A stretch of 64,000 nt of DNA, from positions 53,411 to 117,410 of the forward strand of contig JBGSMD010000039.1 of assembly GCA_041740355.1 (NCBI GenBank). Direction: 5' to 3'. The notes beneath the pieces were generated by a model. It saw only the letters and a program-made list of their open reading frames with translations, made no database searches and had not been told where the DNA came from. Shown piece by piece: positions 10,446-20,502 of the stretch. A program made the translations under genes and the position numbers. This stretch comes from Bdellovibrionota bacterium (lineage in GTDB: Bacteria; Bdellovibrionota_C; UBA2361; CALJRW01). Position 1 is the first letter of the stretch. Every line of letters starts with the position of its first letter.

Positions 10446-11456
10446 TTATTTGATTGCAGCCTGTCTTGACCAAGTTGATTCAGCAGTCTGGCTAAGAACA
10501 CTTTTCTTGCCAGGCTCAATAAATCTTCGAACTGAATAAATACTTTTATTCTGAGACTCATAATATGTTCGAGCTAATACTTCGGCTAAAAGCCCAAAAA
10601 CTAGAAATTGCAGACCAATCAGCACGCACATTACACCTAGTGAGAATAACGGCCGGCCACCCATTGGCACATCAAAAACAAATCTCTGAAAAATTGTCCA
10701 AGTGATTGCTAACGCACCCAAAAATCCTGCTCCGAGTCCGAGACTACCGAAAAGGTGAATTGGTCGTTTAGCAAAACCTAAGAAAAATTTCACTGTGATT
10801 AAATCTAGAATCACACGAAGCGTTCTGGAGATTCCATACTTAGAAGTGCCAAATTGTCGAGCACGATGATTTACTGGAACTTCGGCAATCCTTGCTCCCA
10901 TCTCTACGGCTAAGGCTGGTATGAAACGATGCATTTCCCCATAAAGCTTAATGCCTTTAGCAATTTCTGAAGTCATTGCTTTAAGACTACAACCATAATC
11001 ATGCAACTGCACATTTGTTAATTTTGATATTATGTAATTAGCAATCTTACTTGGCAACTTGCGGCTAAGCCATTTATCTTGACGGTGCTTTCTCCAACCA
11101 GCAACTAAGTCATAACCACCTTCTAATAATTTGTTTACTACAATTGGAATTCCAGAAGGATCGTTTTGAAGATCACCATCCATTGTTACAACAACATCAT
11201 ACTGAGAATGTTCTAAACCAGCTGCCATCGCCGCTGTTTGTCCAAAATTACGACGAAATTCAATAATTCTAACATTGGCATCCGCTCCCACAGCTTTTAG
11301 AAGATTTTTAATTGTTTGATCTCGAGATCCATCATCAACAAAAATTAGCTCATAATCACAATCCATTGAGCTCATAACCTGACTTAGCTCTTGATAAAGG
11401 GGCTGAACATTTAATTCTTCGTTATATAGTGGAACGACGACTGAAACTCCTCGCAT
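10446..11456 (-). CDS. Glycosyltransferase family 2 (ArnC/GtrB-like)
   Basis: VVPLYNEE, DDGS, RRNFGQ, DGDLQND, two C-terminal TM helices. Confidence 0.9.
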   Translation of the reverse strand: MRGVSVVVPLYNEELNVQPLYQELSQVMSSMDCDYELIFVDDGSRDQTIKNLLKAVGADANVRIIEFRRNFGQTAAMAAGLEHSQYDVVVTMDGDLQNDPSGIPIVVNKLLEGGYDLVAGWRKHRQDKWLSRKLPSKIANYIISKLTNVQLHDYGCSLKAMTSEIAKGIKLYGEMHRFIPALAVEMGARIAEVPVNHRARQFGTSKYGISRTLRVILDLITVKFFLGFAKRPIHLFGSLGLGAGFLGALAITWTIFQRFVFDVPMGGRPLFSLGVMCVLIGLQFLVFGLLAEVLARTYYESQNKSIYSVRRFIEPGKKSVLSQTAESTWSRQAAIK

Positions 11457-11595
11457 CGGTTATTCTCCGTAAATGGTAGTAAAATCAATAGTGATTATTA
11501 TAATTTCAGTAAGAATGTATCATAAAAAGTCACTTAAACCAAATATAGTAAGTAGTTCTAGCTATCTAAACCCTAAGATACATAGAATACCATGA

Positions 11596-11910
11596 TTATT
11601 TAAAGAGCTCCGCCAATTGCTGGAGTGCTGTGTTTAATGTTTGAATTTTACCATCATCCGATGCCAAATCTTCAAGATCTTTCTTCCACGCCTCCCCCGC
11701 TGCCTTAATTAGTGAGACCTGTGCTTTTGAAATCCGAGCTTCCTCTGATGAATTAGGACCACATAAATCTAATAGTGGTAAAAACTCCCCCACCGGTTTT
11801 GATTCCCGACTTAATTCTCCCATCTGAAAACGAACCGAATGATAAAGGGCACTCTTTGACCTTGGATCAACTTTAAAATATCGTGTATCTTGTAATGTTG
11901 GTTCTGCCAT
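11596..11910 (-). CDS. Hypothetical protein
   Basis: 104-aa ATG ORF between co-oriented GT genes; no motif recognised. Confidence 0.55.
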   Translation of the reverse strand: MAEPTLQDTRYFKVDPRSKSALYHSVRFQMGELSRESKPVGEFLPLLDLCGPNSSEEARISKAQVSLIKAAGEAWKKDLEDLASDDGKIQTLNTALQQLAELFK

Positions 11911-11943
11911 AAAATTACTGCTAAATAAAAACTTATTATAATC

Positions 11944-13071
11944 CTAGTAAAGTCGAGTATTCACAATCTGACTAAACAATTCCTGATACTGGTTAGCAAT
12001 TACTTCCCAAGAAAAGTTCTGTTCCGCAAGTGATTTTGCTTTTTTACTTAAATCACTGCGTTTATCAGGAGAATCCAAGAGCTCCTGCATTTTGTAACTT
12101 AAATCCTGGAAGTCATTAAAAGCATAATAAATACCGACATCTTCTAATACTTCTCGGTGCTCCGGAACATCATTAGCGATCACAGCGTTGCCGTAGGCCA
12201 TTGACTCAACTAGTGCGGGATGAGTTCCTCCAACTTCTGTTGCCTGGATGTAGATCAGACAATTAGTGCGTAGTTCACGGTAGGCTTCTCTAAACTGAAA
12301 ACCTGTAAATATCACTTTAGAATTAGCAACAGCTTTTAAATTTTCAATGTACTCTTTGGAGTAAGGAGCATCGCCCACAATTACTAAGGGGATTTCTGTT
12401 TCTAATTTGTTATAGGCTTGAATCACCCCAAGGGCGTTATTTTCCGGCTCTAATCGACTAACATAAAGAATATATTTCTTTTCTTCTAAACAAAAATCTT
12501 GCAAAACTTTGCCGGAGTTAATTGGCTCTGGCTTACAACCATAACGAATTATATCAGTACGCAAATGATAATTATCTTCGTAATATTTAGCGATGATCTC
12601 CGCATCCGAGATTATTCGATCGGCAAACCACACGGACGTTTTTTCTCCCAGCAAATACCACAATTTACCTAGGGCATTCCACTTTGCTCGACGTCGCTCA
12701 ATCCCATCAACATTAATGGCAATTGGATAATTATTTAGTTTTAAAATCCAAGAGAATGGACTGTTAGCGGCGTTACAAATTAAGACTACATCAAAATCTC
12801 GCTTTAAGGCATCAAGATAAGCGGTGATCGAACTAAGCGGCGTTTCTAGATATTTTTGATAAATAGTGCTTGTTGCAATTCGTTTGATACCTTGATAATC
12901 AGAATTATCAGGCTTTTCCCCAAATTTTTTGCGACCATAAACCGTAACTTCATGCCCCAACTTTAAGAATTGTTTGGAAATTTCTTCGGCGAAGGTCTCA
13001 AATCCACCATAATTAGCGGGGAGTCCCCTCGTACCTAAAATAGCAATTTTTAAAATTGGATAATTTACCAT
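11944..13071 (-). CDS. Glycosyltransferase family 4 (DUF1972/WchF-like)
   Basis: GTRGLPANYGGFETF, NVDGIE, RLEPENN, EVGGTHPALVESM. Confidence 0.9.
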   Translation of the reverse strand: MVNYPILKIAILGTRGLPANYGGFETFAEEISKQFLKLGHEVTVYGRKKFGEKPDNSDYQGIKRIATSTIYQKYLETPLSSITAYLDALKRDFDVVLICNAANSPFSWILKLNNYPIAINVDGIERRRAKWNALGKLWYLLGEKTSVWFADRIISDAEIIAKYYEDNYHLRTDIIRYGCKPEPINSGKVLQDFCLEEKKYILYVSRLEPENNALGVIQAYNKLETEIPLVIVGDAPYSKEYIENLKAVANSKVIFTGFQFREAYRELRTNCLIYIQATEVGGTHPALVESMAYGNAVIANDVPEHREVLEDVGIYYAFNDFQDLSYKMQELLDSPDKRSDLSKKAKSLAEQNFSWEVIANQYQELFSQIVNTRLY

Positions 13072-13289
13072 TATGCTTAGATGTAATATACTTGCTTAGC
13101 CATTGTAAGTTAGACACTTTAACTTACTAATAAATGGTAGTAAATTCAGAAGCTTAACCAAATAAACTGACTAATACGGGGTTCCCAAATTAACAATAAT
13201 ATATTGTAACCTATGTTTAGTTTAGATCATCTTAATTTTAAAGCCAAAATGCCACTAAGCAAGTTTTTATCTAGTTATCAACAAAGTTA

Positions 13290-15662
13290 ATGATACATTA
13301 TTTTGAAATTTTATTTTTAGAATTTTGTAGCGGGTATTTTAGCACAAGCTTTATTCTTGGACTTCCAATCCTCTTGTTGGCTTGCGGATTTATTATTCTG
13401 CAATTTTTCAAACAAGAAAAGGCTATCTTTCCCGGCATCATCGCCTTAGTTTTATTCGCCTTCGAATTCTTTCATATCTTTCGATCAGAAGAAACTGTCA
13501 CACAAATTGCTAATTATATTAATGAGCTTAATACCCCTGCAGCATACGTTCAACCTTTTCCTGTCGCAATTAACTGGCTTTTCGAACCGATTTTTTCGCT
13601 CCTTGTTGCTCCCTACGAGCTTCGTCGTTTTCACCAAGAGCTAATTTTTGTCTTTTTTGGAACATATCTTGCCAGCTTGGCTATCATTAGCTTCAAAGAA
13701 TATAAAAGGACTGGTGTAGTCTGGGGTGATATGTCGTTTGCAGCATTAGCCCAGTTTAAGGACAGCGATCGTCCTGTAAGATCGGACTTTAATGAATTAG
13801 GTTCTGGTGATTTGGCTCGTGCTGAAGAAATTAATCGGTGGATGAAACCATCTGGTAAACCTAATGATACAGTCTTACATGTTACTGACATTCGTGGTTC
13901 TACCGGGGTCATCCATAAAGAGGCAAAACTTTATATTCCCGGTGGCGAGCGAAATCGTCACATGTTAGCAATTGCTAAAACTGGGGGTGGTAAAACTACC
14001 AAACTGATTCTTCCAATTCTATTCAATGATTGCATGGATAACTCACGCAGTACAATCGTGATCGACTCCAAACCCGAGATGTGGGGTAAACTTGCTAACT
14101 TAGTTAAGAAAAATAATCCTCATAAAAAAATAATTTTATTTAATCCCCTAGATCGTGCCAGAAGTCTAAGTTGGAATATCTTAGCAAAAATTGAGACTGA
14201 TACTGATGCCAAACTAATTGCTAACACGGTTATCATGGCGACTGATAATCCCCAATCTAAATCTGATAGCCCATTCTTTAGAAATAATGCTCTTTCACTT
14301 TTAAACTCAATTTTTGTTGGATTACTAAACGACGATAATGACATTTTATCCATGCCCCGAGTTCACCAACTAGTTCAATCTGGAATGAGAGGACTTTGTG
14401 ATTGGTTAGAAGCACATCCTGAATCAATTCGTACTGCTCGTTCTTTTGTCGATCTTGCTCGTTCCGGTTCTCAGAATGCTGATACAATTATGTCAGAACT
14501 TTCCATGAGAATTAATGCTTGGGATTTATCAGACATTCGTGCCACTACAGCTTTTAATGAAATTGATCTTCGTTGTTTAATTGAAGAACCAACTTTATTT
14601 ATTGTGGAACTACGTGAGTCTGAGTTAGAGATGTTACGACCACTAGCTAACGTTATTGTAATTGAGTTACTTCGATATTTAACAAAATGTGCCGAGTCCT
14701 TTCCAGGAAACAGACTTCCAATTCCAGTTGGATTTGTAATCGATGAGTTTGCTTCCGCACTGGGCCGATTGCCAGACATTCACGTCAAACTTAATACACT
14801 CCGCTCTCGTAACGTAAGTATCGTAGCTGCGATTCAATCGATTACTCAGGTTAAAGCTAATTATGGTGATGATTCGGATTCCGTTTTAGCTGGTTTCAGT
14901 ACTAAGATTTGCATGCCCAACTTGGACATCCAAGATGCCGAATGGGCCTCTAAGGAAAGCGGACAGATGACTATTCGTTTCCAAACAGTATCTACAGGTA
15001 GCAACCGAAAGATCGTAGAAATGTTTGCCAGCAAAAACACCGGCTCTCAAGAACAAGTACAACAACGTGCAGTTTTAACTCCTGACGAAATTGGGCGACC
15101 ACTTGATGGAAGAAACACTTTCTTCTTACCAGATACTCAACCATTCCAAGGTTTCCTTGTTCCTTTTTATAAAATCCCCCATATGCTTCGGGAGATTGAG
15201 TTGTCTGAAAAAGGACCAAAATGGCAACTGCGAGAATCTCCAATAGAATATTCTGAAAATGACGTTAAGAAAGAAATTACCGGCGGAGCTTCCGGAGGTG
15301 GAGGATCAACTCCTGCTGCAACAGCGGCATATAATGGCTTACCACCTGGAATTACCGATACTCGGGGCATGTCAGATGCGGATGTACTTGCTAAAATCGA
15401 TGGTTGCCGTAAAGGTCTGGACTGGGAAAATACTACTGGAAGCGCCAGAAAATGGTGGCAAACTTTTGAGGATGAAAACAAACATCGCCCAGCTCTTGTC
15501 CTACGACTTGCTGAAGAACTTGTAACTAGAAACGCTACAATAAGTGAATTCTTCTTATCCTATGTTTACAGTAACACTGATAACATTCAAGCCAATCTTC
15601 ATTACCTAGATTACAGCCGGCTAAAGAAAGAAGAAGAGAAGAAAAAACAAGAAGCAGCTTAA
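13290..15662 (+). CDS. VirD4/TraG-like type IV coupling ATPase with an extra C-terminal domain
   Basis: N-terminal TM helices, Walker A AKTGGGKT, IDSKPE, FNP..S..WN, Walker B IDEF, AIQSITQ, RAVLTPDEI. Confidence 0.8.
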   Translation: MIHYFEILFLEFCSGYFSTSFILGLPILLLACGFIILQFFKQEKAIFPGIIALVLFAFEFFHIFRSEETVTQIANYINELNTPAAYVQPFPVAINWLFEPIFSLLVAPYELRRFHQELIFVFFGTYLASLAIISFKEYKRTGVVWGDMSFAALAQFKDSDRPVRSDFNELGSGDLARAEEINRWMKPSGKPNDTVLHVTDIRGSTGVIHKEAKLYIPGGERNRHMLAIAKTGGGKTTKLILPILFNDCMDNSRSTIVIDSKPEMWGKLANLVKKNNPHKKIILFNPLDRARSLSWNILAKIETDTDAKLIANTVIMATDNPQSKSDSPFFRNNALSLLNSIFVGLLNDDNDILSMPRVHQLVQSGMRGLCDWLEAHPESIRTARSFVDLARSGSQNADTIMSELSMRINAWDLSDIRATTAFNEIDLRCLIEEPTLFIVELRESELEMLRPLANVIVIELLRYLTKCAESFPGNRLPIPVGFVIDEFASALGRLPDIHVKLNTLRSRNVSIVAAIQSITQVKANYGDDSDSVLAGFSTKICMPNLDIQDAEWASKESGQMTIRFQTVSTGSNRKIVEMFASKNTGSQEQVQQRAVLTPDEIGRPLDGRNTFFLPDTQPFQGFLVPFYKIPHMLREIELSEKGPKWQLRESPIEYSENDVKKEITGGASGGGGSTPAATAAYNGLPPGITDTRGMSDADVLAKIDGCRKGLDWENTTGSARKWWQTFEDENKHRPALVLRLAEELVTRNATISEFFLSYVYSNTDNIQANLHYLDYSRLKKEEEKKKQEAA

Positions 15663-15786
15663 TTTCCAGCTCATAAATCAAGAATCAAATTAGCACCAAT
15701 ATTAATGTTTTTCTAAGCAAAAAAAGTATTAAGTTATTCTACTAACAACACGAAATAACTATAATTATATCTGTTCCACGAACTCT

Positions 15787-16677
15787 ATGCATCCTGATCC
15801 TCAATATCTTCAAACTTTAAGCAAATCAGAAGTGATTAGTCTGGCAAACAGATGTGGACAAGAGACTACACAACTGGAAATCTTCCTTGAAAAAAGAGTT
15901 AATCGTCATAGTATTATAGATTTGAGTTTTAATGTGGCAAACATTTTACTCAGAACTTTAATCATTGGCCTTGATAAAGAAATTCTACCGATTGCCCATG
16001 TACCACAAATTACAAATCAAATTTTTGAAGCTATTAGTAGTGAAAATTTATCATTAACCTTTTGGAATGATTTATCAAAAAAACAACAAGATGATTTTCA
16101 TGCCCTACAAAAAGAAGCGCTGGAGAAAATTAACAAACATAATGATGGAAGTGTCAGCGCAACTGAATTAAAAAAAATAGAAGATACAACTGCATATAAT
16201 TTACGCTACTTTAAATTACGGTACATAGATCTTTCGTCAGAAGAAATATTAGGACTTTTTACCCTAGCGAATCGGCCTGCTCAGGAAAGAAATTCTGTTC
16301 ATTCACTTTTAATATTAAAAGACAATCCAGAAGAAGCAATAATTTCTCCACGAGAGTTGGGCATTGCCGCACATACTCTACTTTTTCGTGCTGATCGGCG
16401 ACTCAATTCTCATCGACATGATTCGATCTCTTGCCATCAAGCATTACAGTTAATTGAATTAGCCTTAAATGCATTTGCTTTTTTGGGGAAAGAATCAAAT
16501 TTGAAGAATGTGGATTTTGGAAATCCCGAGACCGCTTTAGCAATTAAAACTTGGGCAATAAAACAAGGAATCTTGGATCCAATTGAATCCGTTGGAAAAA
16601 AATTAACCACAACTCAAGATAAATCTGACTTTGCTTCACTACGAAGCTTTTATCAAAAAATTTTTAGCGCTTTATAA
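15787..16677 (+). CDS. Hypothetical helical protein
   Basis: 296-aa ORF; no recognised motif. Confidence 0.6.
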   Translation: MHPDPQYLQTLSKSEVISLANRCGQETTQLEIFLEKRVNRHSIIDLSFNVANILLRTLIIGLDKEILPIAHVPQITNQIFEAISSENLSLTFWNDLSKKQQDDFHALQKEALEKINKHNDGSVSATELKKIEDTTAYNLRYFKLRYIDLSSEEILGLFTLANRPAQERNSVHSLLILKDNPEEAIISPRELGIAAHTLLFRADRRLNSHRHDSISCHQALQLIELALNAFAFLGKESNLKNVDFGNPETALAIKTWAIKQGILDPIESVGKKLTTTQDKSDFASLRSFYQKIFSAL

Positions 16678-16689
16678 AGACGGATAAAA

Positions 16690-17532
16690 TTAGAATTTAT
16701 AATCGATCTGATTACTAGCAACTGTCACACCAGTTTCATTTCTGGGCGTAAAGGATTTCAGCTCGGTATTAACACTACCAACAAATACTTCACTGGAAAT
16801 TCTTAAAATTTCACGTTTAGCATCAGCAGTCACATAAATGTTTGCTTGTCTAAGTTTTTTAGATTCCTCATTTGAACTAATTTTCTTAACTTTTGGCTGA
16901 ATAACCCATACATCTTTTTGAACACCATTAACTCTCATCTTCACCATTTCTTTACTTGTAAAAGAAATTAGATAACGACTTTTACCATTAAAAGTATCAA
17001 AGTATCTTGTAGTTCCAGGCGACCAATCAAGACTTCTAGCAAAAAATGCCGCCGAAAACGGTTCCAACATCATATTGTTAGGGTCAAAATCATAATCAAT
17101 ATCAGCCCTATTAGTGTCAGTATAATTTGATACTACTCGATCAGGGCTCTCAAAGCTGATATTTGCTACCTTATGTCTGGAATTCTCATAAGAATCGATT
17201 GTTGTTTGAATTGGACGATAATCAACTCCGGAGAGTAATCCATAAGCATGATACTTTAATTTGTAAAAAATACTGATCGCTGAATTAGTTTTAACATTAG
17301 TGGAAAGCTTGTAATTAACTCCTTCCTTATCAACATCAACTAAGACTGTAGCTGCTGGGATCCCTGCCCAACTGACCGAAAATTCATAAGTTCCAAGCTC
17401 TGGCTTAAATTCAGTGAACTCCGGCTGATAACTTGGAGTAGATACAATCAGTTTATCGAGCTCAACGACTTCTGCCTGAACACCAAGCGATAAACCAAAT
17501 GATAAGAATGTTGTGAGAAGTAGTTTTTTCAT
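16690..17532 (-). CDS. DUF3108-like exported beta-rich protein
   Basis: Signal peptide MKKLLL...VQA, FSVSWAGIPAA, PFSAAFFAR, FVGSV. Confidence 0.65.
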   Translation of the reverse strand: MKKLLLTTFLSFGLSLGVQAEVVELDKLIVSTPSYQPEFTEFKPELGTYEFSVSWAGIPAATVLVDVDKEGVNYKLSTNVKTNSAISIFYKLKYHAYGLLSGVDYRPIQTTIDSYENSRHKVANISFESPDRVVSNYTDTNRADIDYDFDPNNMMLEPFSAAFFARSLDWSPGTTRYFDTFNGKSRYLISFTSKEMVKMRVNGVQKDVWVIQPKVKKISSNEESKKLRQANIYVTADAKREILRISSEVFVGSVNTELKSFTPRNETGVTVASNQIDYKF

Positions 17533-17591
17533 ATTTAAGTTTTGATTTGTCATAATACTATTACACAGCACCCCTTTTAACCAGAGTAGAC

Positions 17592-18152
17592 TTGCCAAAG
17601 AACCGCAGCTATTCTACCATTTTACAGTTACTAAACAACAACTGCCCATCTAAGCATCTAAATTTACTAAGGATTATGATTACTGGCTCACTGCAAACCG
17701 ACTCTCCTAGTCTTTATTCTAAACTAAAACGCTTGTTCACTATTTCGGAAATAAGTGAATTTGAAGCGAGTTACCAAGTAATCTCTAAAGAACCAAAGAT
17801 TCGCTCCGAAAATGGATGGCGGGAAAAGGGCGTAAATTTCAATCCAAAACCAGCTAGGATTTTAGAAATTTTACTGGAATGTGGAATTACATCCAAAGGG
17901 ACACTGCTTACTGCTCTCGAAACTCTCAGCGATCATGAGACACAAGCATCCCCCGAGCCAAATATCAGACTAGCATTAATCCTCGATGCGATTAGACACC
18001 TAAGCTATCAGCAGACTCCACAAGAAAATTACCAACATCTAAAATCTGAATTTATCGCCTTGCAAGAAACATTTTCTAATAGTCCCAACTTGAATCGCAA
18101 ATTATTAGACAAAGTTCACAGTGCTTTTAGACTTTATCAAAAGTTTTCTTAA
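17592..18152 (+). CDS. Hypothetical protein (start uncertain)
   Basis: ORF only. Confidence 0.45.
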   Translation: MPKNRSYSTILQLLNNNCPSKHLNLLRIMITGSLQTDSPSLYSKLKRLFTISEISEFEASYQVISKEPKIRSENGWREKGVNFNPKPARILEILLECGITSKGTLLTALETLSDHETQASPEPNIRLALILDAIRHLSYQQTPQENYQHLKSEFIALQETFSNSPNLNRKLLDKVHSAFRLYQKFS

Positions 18153-18211
18153 TTCTAAGCTAAAAATTTGTCTTTTTATATTTTTCAGTTATATTAGCTG
18201 TTCAGATTAGT

Positions 18212-18293
18212 GCCGGGGTGGCGGAATTGGTAGACGCGCCGGATTCAAAATCCGGTATCCTTGGATGTGCGAGTTCGATTCTCGCCTCCGGTA
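18212..18293 (+). tRNA. tRNA-Leu(CAA), CCA not encoded
   Basis: GCCGGGG/CTCCGGT acceptor stem, GGAATTGGTAGAC D-loop, CCGGA-TTCAAAA-TCCGG anticodon arm, long variable arm, GTTCGA T-loop. Confidence 0.95.
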
Positions 18294-18306
18294 TGATTTG
18301 CCCACT

Positions 18307-18480
18307 GGCAAATCATCCGCCGAAACTTTTGAAGCGAAGGTGGACTGTTCGCATAAATCTAATTAATTCTCCTAATTAATCTTAAACAGGAAAGAATCGA
18401 GCTCTACTGGTTATAAAATATCTTCATGTATAAAACAGCCAACGGGCAAATCATCCATTGAAGCTTTAGCGAAGTAATGA
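18307..18480. repeat. Two degenerate REP-like units downstream of tRNA-Leu
   Basis: GGCAAATCATCC at 18307 and 18445, each followed by a variant of TCCGCCGTAGCTTTAGCGAAGG (reverse complement of the 20188-20219 unit). Confidence 0.5.
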
Positions 18481-18635
18481 GTTACCTGTATAAAATCAAA
18501 CCATTTGTTCAATTTATCAAAATGAAGGAAATCAAAAACTCTGAATAGAGAATTTTGACTGTAAATCTTCTCAACAGAATCAAAAAAATTTCAGTCAAAA
18601 TCTCTGAAAAATTAATTAATTAAGAACTTAAGCAT

Positions 18636-19130
18636 CTATTGAGCATCGATACAGATTGCATGAGCAGTCATCTCAGGTGAAACTTCGTAATCAGCAATAT
18701 TTACGTACAGACAATTAACTTGCAAACTACCCGTAGTAGGAGAATTACTAATAGAAAAGCTTGTCATTACATCAGCATAAGCCGCTACACCAAAATCACA
18801 TACCCCAGAAGTGGGTTTTTGCCCTAATGGACATTCTACACTTAGTGTATGAGAAGTACGTGGTTGAATTAAGACTGATTCGGTATCGCTGATATATCTA
18901 CTATAATTTGTTACTCCATTAGGACCCTGAGGACCCTGAGGACCAACCGCTCCAATCTCAGCAAGTGTTTCTAAGTTAACAGTAATTTCATTTTTACTTT
19001 TGCATTTAGGACGAACAAGAAAAGAATTGCTTTTACTGCTGTAGCACAATTTTAAGGGAGGGGTTTGCGCAATAGCAAAATTAGAAGAAAAAAAGACGAA
19101 AACCAAAAGTAGTAAAAAACTTTTATTCAT
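18636..19130 (-). CDS. Exported protein with a short collagen-like segment
   Basis: Signal peptide, Cys pair, GAVGPQGPQGPNG, Cys-containing C-terminal domain. Confidence 0.7.
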   Translation of the reverse strand: MNKSFLLLLVFVFFSSNFAIAQTPPLKLCYSSKSNSFLVRPKCKSKNEITVNLETLAEIGAVGPQGPQGPNGVTNYSRYISDTESVLIQPRTSHTLSVECPLGQKPTSGVCDFGVAAYADVMTSFSISNSPTTGSLQVNCLYVNIADYEVSPEMTAHAICIDAQ

Positions 19131-19298
19131 AAAATCCTTAAAAAATAAACCTATTAAAAATCACATACATTAACATAAATATGTAAACTTTTTAGTATAT
19201 TATATTATCCCGTCGTAACCTTCAATAGATCAAATTTTTAAGACGATTCTCAATAAACGCTTCTCCAGGTTGAAATAAGAAAGATTTCCTTACTTAAT

Positions 19299-20033
19299 TT
19301 AACCCAGATCATTAAAATGCTCTTGGAATTCAATGTTATGATAAACTTTTACAATATCCTCCCCTGCTTCTAACATATCAATTAGCTTCATGTTGGCTAA
19401 GTATGATTCATCATCTATGGTCTTGTAGCTAACAGGAATCTGCGCCAAACTTGCTTCTTCTGGAATGATACCAAGGCTTTCTAACTTTTTAGAAATAGCA
19501 CCAAAGTTTTCCTTAGCAGCATAAACAGAAAAATATCCATCTTCATTTTCAATGTCGTCTGCTCCGGCATCAATCATTTCTAAAGTGAAATCATCTTCGT
19601 TAAGTCCAGCATTTGGAACTTCAAAAACAGCTTGGCGATTAAAAATAAATTGTAATGATCCTTGGGTTTCTAGCGAACCGCCACATTTATTAAAGCAAAG
19701 TCGAACAAAGGCAATTGTTCTAGTAACATTATTAGTAGATGCTTCAACAAAGATTCCTACACCTTTTGGACCATAGCCTTCATAAGAAACTTCATGTTCC
19801 TCATCAACTCCATCGCCTAATCCCCGTTTGATAGCTTTATCAATGTTATCTTTAGGAACGTTATTTTTCTTACATTTCTCAAAAGCAACTTTTAAGAGAA
19901 AATTAGTATTTGGATCTTGCCCGCCTTTTTTAACAGCCGCCGTAACTTCAAATAAAATTTTAGTATAAACCAAACTACGCTGTTGATCCGCAGCACCTTT
20001 CTTATTTACAATGTTGGCCCATTTTCTGCCCAT
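19299..20033 (-). CDS. yebC: YebC/PmpR family protein
   Basis: MGRKWANI, NVPKDNIDKAIKR, YEGYGPKGVG. Confidence 0.95.
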   Translation of the reverse strand: MGRKWANIVNKKGAADQQRSLVYTKILFEVTAAVKKGGQDPNTNFLLKVAFEKCKKNNVPKDNIDKAIKRGLGDGVDEEHEVSYEGYGPKGVGIFVEASTNNVTRTIAFVRLCFNKCGGSLETQGSLQFIFNRQAVFEVPNAGLNEDDFTLEMIDAGADDIENEDGYFSVYAAKENFGAISKKLESLGIIPEEASLAQIPVSYKTIDDESYLANMKLIDMLEAGEDIVKVYHNIEFQEHFNDLG

Positions 20034-20054
20034 AGGATTCTTTTTAAATAATAA

Positions 20055-20280
20055 ACCCTCCGCAAATAAAATTTGTGGAGGGCGAGCGTAATCTTGGTTT
20101 TAGTCAAGTTACGCCGTAGAAGACAAAACTAATACTCACCGCCTATCTGCGTTGGGTTTAGTTGTTATTTTCTACGGCAAAACCTGCCTTCCACCTTCGC
20201 TAAAGCTACGGCGGACAAGGCGACAGGATTTTGCTCGCTCACCTATCTTTTCATTTTTCTCAAAAATGAAAAGCGGTGAG
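20055..20280. repeat. Multi-branched palindromic element with a nested REP-like unit (20188-20219)
   Basis: GGCGAGCGTAATCTTG pairs with CAGGATTTTGCTCGCT; GCCGTAGAAGACAAAACTAA pairs with TTAGTTGTTATTTTCTACGGC; CTTCCACCTTCGCTAAAGCTACGGCGGACAAG lies inside a CCTG..CAGG stem. Confidence 0.6.
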
Positions 20281-20502
20281 TATAAATAGTTACGAACTTA
20301 ACTTATAACAGGTTTGATTTTGGATCAAAACTTTGAGAATTAGCTTTTATCACCCATCAGATACACAAGGCAAAATTTATATGATAAACATATTAAATTA
20401 TTAATCTTCTTATAAACAAATTACCCAATCGACTTGTAGAAAGACTGCAATCATTTTTATTTTATGGTATAAAAAATTTAACATTGAATTAGGTCATATA
20501 TC

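Noticed and set aside
13631-15525. Several short ORFs overlapping the VirD4-like gene (and similar ones within lepA, ugd, aro and hsd genes)
   Set aside because: Shadow ORFs inside well-supported longer genes, with no recognisable motifs
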